64,000 nucleotides of DNA, taken from Verrucomicrobiia bacterium (lineage in GTDB: Bacteria > Verrucomicrobiota > Verrucomicrobiia > Limisphaerales > UBA11358). Of this stretch, positions 60,812-64,000 are shown piece after piece. Where the stretch lies: assembly GCA_035545995.1 (NCBI GenBank), contig DASZXH010000053.1:33345-97344 (forward strand), given 5' to 3'. Under the pieces are notes generated by a model. It did not search any database. It worked only from the letters and a program-made list of their open reading frames with translations, and was not told the origin of the DNA. Made by a program: the position numbers and the translations under genes. Position 1 is the stretch's first letter. Every line of letters begins with the position of its first letter.

Positions 60812-61752
60812 ATGCGACCGAAACCATTTTAGAAATGCCAGTCGAAAACCATTTTGCCGACGAATTGAGCAAACGTCTTTCGCGCGCGGCAGTTTTTCGC
60901 CGCGACGAGCCTTTGGCCAAACACACGACGCTGCGCGTCGGCGGGCCGGTGGATTTTTACATTGAACCGGCAAATGAAAATGATTTGACGGCGATTTTGA
61001 AACTTTGCCGAGCGCGCGAAGTAAAATTTTTTATTTTGGGTCGCGGCTCGAATTTGCTGGTGCGTGACGGCGGTTTTCGCGGCGTCGCGATTGGTCTATC
61101 GCAACCAGCGTTCGGCAAAATTGAAATTGACGGTGAACAGTTGATTTGCGGCGCGGGCGCAAAATTGAAGGACGTTTCCATTTTTGCGAAGCGGAACCAT
61201 TTGAGCGGCGTGGAATTTCTCGAAGGCATTCCCGGCAGTGTCGGCGGCGCGTTGCGGATGAACGCGGGCGCGATGGACGGCCGGACGTTTGACGTGGTGG
61301 AATCCGTTCGCGTGATGGATTTTGTCGGCGAAATTTCCGAATTGTCGCCGCGCGAAATGGCCGTGACGTATCGCAGTTGCGGCGCGCTGAAAAATCACGT
61401 CGCGCTCGGCGCAATTTTCAAATGCAAAACGCTGCCGCGCGAAGAAATTGAAAGACGAATGAAGGCGTTCAGCGAAAAACGCTGGGAATCGCAGCCCGCC
61501 GCGCCGAGCGCGGGTTGCATTTTCAAAAATCCCGAAACAATTCCGGCGGGCAAATTGATTGAAGAATTAGAATTGAAAGGTGCGCGCGCGGGCGGCGCGG
61601 TGGTTTCCGCCGAGCATGGAAATTTCATCGTCAACGACGGCAAGGCGACGGCGCGCGATGTTTTGGAATTGATTTCAATTTTGAAGGCGAAGGCGAAGGC
61701 CGAACGCGGAATCGAATTGCAAACGGAAGTGGAAATAATTGGCGAGGATTAA
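60808..61752 (+). CDS. murB: UDP-N-acetylenolpyruvoylglucosamine reductase
   Basis: Start trimmed to the ATG at 60808. LAKHTTLRVGGPVDFY, GRGSNLLV, GIPGSVGGALRMNAGA, PSAGCIFKNP, SAEHGNFIVN. Confidence 0.93.
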   Translation: MNATETILEMPVENHFADELSKRLSRAAVFRRDEPLAKHTTLRVGGPVDFYIEPANENDLTAILKLCRAREVKFFILGRGSNLLVRDGGFRGVAIGLSQPAFGKIEIDGEQLICGAGAKLKDVSIFAKRNHLSGVEFLEGIPGSVGGALRMNAGAMDGRTFDVVESVRVMDFVGEISELSPREMAVTYRSCGALKNHVALGAIFKCKTLPREEIERRMKAFSEKRWESQPAAPSAGCIFKNPETIPAGKLIEELELKGARAGGAVVSAEHGNFIVNDGKATARDVLELISILKAKAKAERGIELQTEVEIIGED

Positions 61753-62715
61753 ATGCCGAAAAAATTGAACATTGTCGTGATGTTGGGCGGGCCAAGCGCT
61801 GAGCGCGAAGTGTCGCTCAAATCCGGTGCGGGCGTGGCGAAGGCGTTGCGTTCGCTTGGCCACACGGTTTTTGAGATTGACCCGAAAACGCCGGATTGGA
61901 TTTTGCCGCCGCAAACCGACGTGGTTTGCCTCGCGCCGTTGCACGGAACTTACGGCGAGGACGGGCAGGCGCAGGCGCAATTGGAAAAACTCGGCGCAAT
62001 TTACACGGGCTGCGACGCGGAATCGAGCCGCATCGCGTTCGACAAGGTTTTGACGAAGCAAAAGTGCATCGAGGCCGGAGTGCCGACGGCAAAATTTTTG
62101 GTCGTCAATTCGGAGCAAACACCGTTGCCGAAGGATTTGCGATTGCCGTTGGTCGTGAAACCGGTGCGGCAAGGTTCGAGCGTGGGACTGCAATTTGTCG
62201 AACATGCCGAAGATTGGCCGAATGCGCTGGCCGAGGCATTGAAGTTCGATTCGGAAGTTTTGGTCGAGGAAAAAATCATCGGGCGCGAAACGACGGTTGG
62301 CATTTTGGACGACGAAGTACTGCCGATTGTCGAAGTTCGCCCGAAGATTGGCAGTTACGATTACAAGAATAAATACACCGTCGGCTGCACGGAATATTTT
62401 TGCCCGGCGGATTTTGATTTGACGACGACCCGCAAAATCCAGAATGCTGCGCTTGGCGCGTTTCGCGCGGTTGGCGGACGCGATTACGGTCGCGTGGACG
62501 TGATGGTTCGTTCCGACGGCGAGCCAGTTGTGCTCGAAGTCAACACGCTGCCAGGAATGACCGAAACGAGTTTGTTACCGAAAGCGGCGGCGGCGGCAGG
62601 AATCAATTACGAACAACTTTGCCAGCGTATGATTGATTTGGCTTTGAGAAGAAAAGCAGCAACCGAATTGGACAAACGCCGCCGAACAGCGGCAGTTATC
62701 GCGGCAATCAGCTAA
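61753..62715 (+). CDS. ddl: D-alanine--D-alanine ligase
   Basis: 320 aa. GGPSAEREVSLKSG, HGTYGEDGQAQAQLE, VVKPVRQGSSVG, EVNTLPGMT. Confidence 0.95.
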   Translation: MPKKLNIVVMLGGPSAEREVSLKSGAGVAKALRSLGHTVFEIDPKTPDWILPPQTDVVCLAPLHGTYGEDGQAQAQLEKLGAIYTGCDAESSRIAFDKVLTKQKCIEAGVPTAKFLVVNSEQTPLPKDLRLPLVVKPVRQGSSVGLQFVEHAEDWPNALAEALKFDSEVLVEEKIIGRETTVGILDDEVLPIVEVRPKIGSYDYKNKYTVGCTEYFCPADFDLTTTRKIQNAALGAFRAVGGRDYGRVDVMVRSDGEPVVLEVNTLPGMTETSLLPKAAAAAGINYEQLCQRMIDLALRRKAATELDKRRRTAAVIAAIS

Positions 62716-62716
62716 A

Positions 62717-63673
62717 ATGTGGTTTAAGCGCGAACAAAAAAACCGGCGATTGCATCGCGGGCATGTGCTCGACGTGAAACTGCGTTCGGATCAAGTCCGT
62801 GCGACGCGCACACGATTGGCGACAATTGCCTGCGCCGTCACGTTTGGCACGGTGTTCGGATTGTATCTGCTGTGGCGCACGGGCGAATGGGCGCTCGACA
62901 AATTTGTTTATGAAAATTCCACGTTTGCGATCCAAAACATTCAGGTGCAGACGGACGGCGTCATCGCGCCGGAGCAACTGCGCCGTTGGGCGGGCGTGAA
63001 GCTCGGCGCGAATCTCATCGCGTTGGATTTGGCGACGGTGAAACGCAATCTGGAATTGGTTTCGCTGGTTGATTCGGTTGCCGTCGAGCGCGTGCTGCCG
63101 CGCACGTTGAAAATCCACGTGAAGGAACGCGACCCGGTTGCGCAGGTGAACGTGCCGCGTGCCGGCGCGGGAAATGGAATCGCCGTTTCCGTTTTTCAAT
63201 TGGACGCGAACGGATATGTGATTCAACCGCTTGATCCTCGGCTCTGCACCGTTCTGCTGGCGCAAATCAGCGAGCAATTGCCGGTCATCACCGGCTTGAA
63301 TCTGTTTCAATTGCAACCCGGCCATCGCGTCGAAGCGCCACAGGTGCAGGCGGCGTTGCAATTGCTCCGCGCATTTGATCATTCGCCGATGATGGGGCTG
63401 GTGGATTTGCGGCGCGTGGACGTTTCATCGCCCAACGTCGTGGTCGTGACGACCGGGCAGGGGAGCGAAATTACTTTCGGTTTGGACAATCTGGAGCAAC
63501 AATTGGCGCGTTGGCGGCAGATTTATGATTTGGGCCAGCGCAGTGGTCGAACGATTGCGTCGGTGGATTTGGCGGTGGCGAACAATGTTCCGGTGCGCTG
63601 GGCGGAAATGAATTCCGCGCCGGCAACGCCCCAAAAAGTGAACCCCAAAAATTCGCGGAGGAAAAATGTTTGA
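62717..63673 (+). CDS. ftsQ: cell division protein FtsQ (POTRA domain)
   Basis: 318 aa. N-terminal TM helix (LATIACAVTFGTVFGLYLLW). POTRA-like IQNIQVQTDGVIAPEQLRRWAGVKLGANLIALD. Position between ddl and ftsA. Confidence 0.8.
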   Translation: MWFKREQKNRRLHRGHVLDVKLRSDQVRATRTRLATIACAVTFGTVFGLYLLWRTGEWALDKFVYENSTFAIQNIQVQTDGVIAPEQLRRWAGVKLGANLIALDLATVKRNLELVSLVDSVAVERVLPRTLKIHVKERDPVAQVNVPRAGAGNGIAVSVFQLDANGYVIQPLDPRLCTVLLAQISEQLPVITGLNLFQLQPGHRVEAPQVQAALQLLRAFDHSPMMGLVDLRRVDVSSPNVVVVTTGQGSEITFGLDNLEQQLARWRQIYDLGQRSGRTIASVDLAVANNVPVRWAEMNSAPATPQKVNPKNSRRKNV

Positions 63674-64000
63674 TGATTCGAACATCATTGTCGGTCTGGA
63701 AATCGGCACATCCAAAGTGTGCGCCGTCGTGGGCGAACAAACCGCCGACGGCGCGCTGAACATCATCGGCCTCGGACAGGCGCGGTCGCGCGGCGTGCGC
63801 AAAGGCGAAATCGTGGACACCGCGCAGGCCGAGGAAGACGTGCGCAACGCCATTGTCGAAGCCGAGCAGATGGCTGATGTGGAAATCCGCAACGTGTATC
63901 TTGGCGTCACGGGCGGGCATGTTCGCGGGTTCAACAATCGCGGCGTGCATCCGGTGGTCAGCGCCGACCGCGAGATTTCTGATGACGACGTTCAGGACGT
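63666..64000 (+). CDS. ftsA: cell division protein FtsA (5' part, runs off the right edge)
   Basis: The ATG at 63666 overlaps the ftsQ end by 8 nt. MFDDSNIIVGLEIGTSKVCAVVGE...LNIIGLGQARSRGVRKGEIVD... is the FtsA N-terminus. There is no stop before the window ends. Confidence 0.9.
   Translation, partial: MFDDSNIIVGLEIGTSKVCAVVGEQTADGALNIIGLGQARSRGVRKGEIVDTAQAEEDVRNAIVEAEQMADVEIRNVYLGVTGGHVRGFNNRGVHPVVSADREISDDDVQD

Noticed and set aside
1-64000. CRISPR arrays, tRNA, rRNA, tmRNA, transposases, integrases
   Set aside because: The only tandem repeats are 7-10-bp units in 2-4 copies without spacers. I saw no GGTTCGAATCC-type T-arm or cloverleaf in intergenic DNA. I recognised no DDE, tyrosine- or serine-recombinase motifs in any frame.

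Overview
This 64-kb chromosomal window most likely comes from a Verrucomicrobiota/PVC-type genome. The evidence is a prepilin-type H-X9-DG (DUF1559-like) protein, two PEP-CTERM sorting tails, several lamin-tail-domain (LTD) proteins and a PVC-style dcw cluster. I call about 62 protein-coding genes and find no rRNA, tRNA or CRISPR array. The backbone is GC-rich housekeeping: secA, lpxI, gnd, panB, thiG, apt, an rpoD-like sigma factor, upp, sppA, sucC and queA. From 50.2 kb to the right edge there is a dcw cell-division/cell-wall cluster (mraZ-rsmH-ftsL-ftsI-murF-mraY-ftsW-murG-murB-ddl-ftsQ-ftsA). Several visibly AT-richer one-to-three-gene islets interrupt this backbone. The most interesting signals, all read directly from the sequence, are these. 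(1) Two independent cases where the 3' end of a protein-coding gene is duplicated and the copies flank inserted DNA with no recombinase. One is the M24 peptidase gene, whose copies flank a 3.47-kb XRE-plus-adhesin island and differ only at synonymous sites. The other is the ogg-like glycosylase gene, whose copies flank a 181-bp perfect-armed palindromic element. (2) A 997-aa ORF with a complete PEP-CTERM sorting signal in its interior, followed immediately by a second signal peptide. (3) REP/MITE-like hairpin elements inserted in frame inside coding genes (ogg, a flavoprotein disulfide reductase, murG). (4) An ECF sigma factor fused to a polytopic membrane domain that contains about 21 consecutive hydrophobic 5-residue repeats. 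(5) A translationally coupled LTD/Ig - pseudopilin - LTD/PEP-CTERM operon. (6) A small low-GC islet with a reversed-order RelE-type toxin-antitoxin pair and a standalone PD-(D/E)xK nuclease-like gene directly after an orphan sucC. (7) A dcw cluster that lacks murE, murD and murC but carries three extra small genes and a textbook 10-bp-phased MraZ operator. (8) A shared palindromic Fur/Zur-like operator in front of a ZIP transporter and a small His/Asp/Cys ORF. All functional calls come from motif recognition by eye. No database search was possible.
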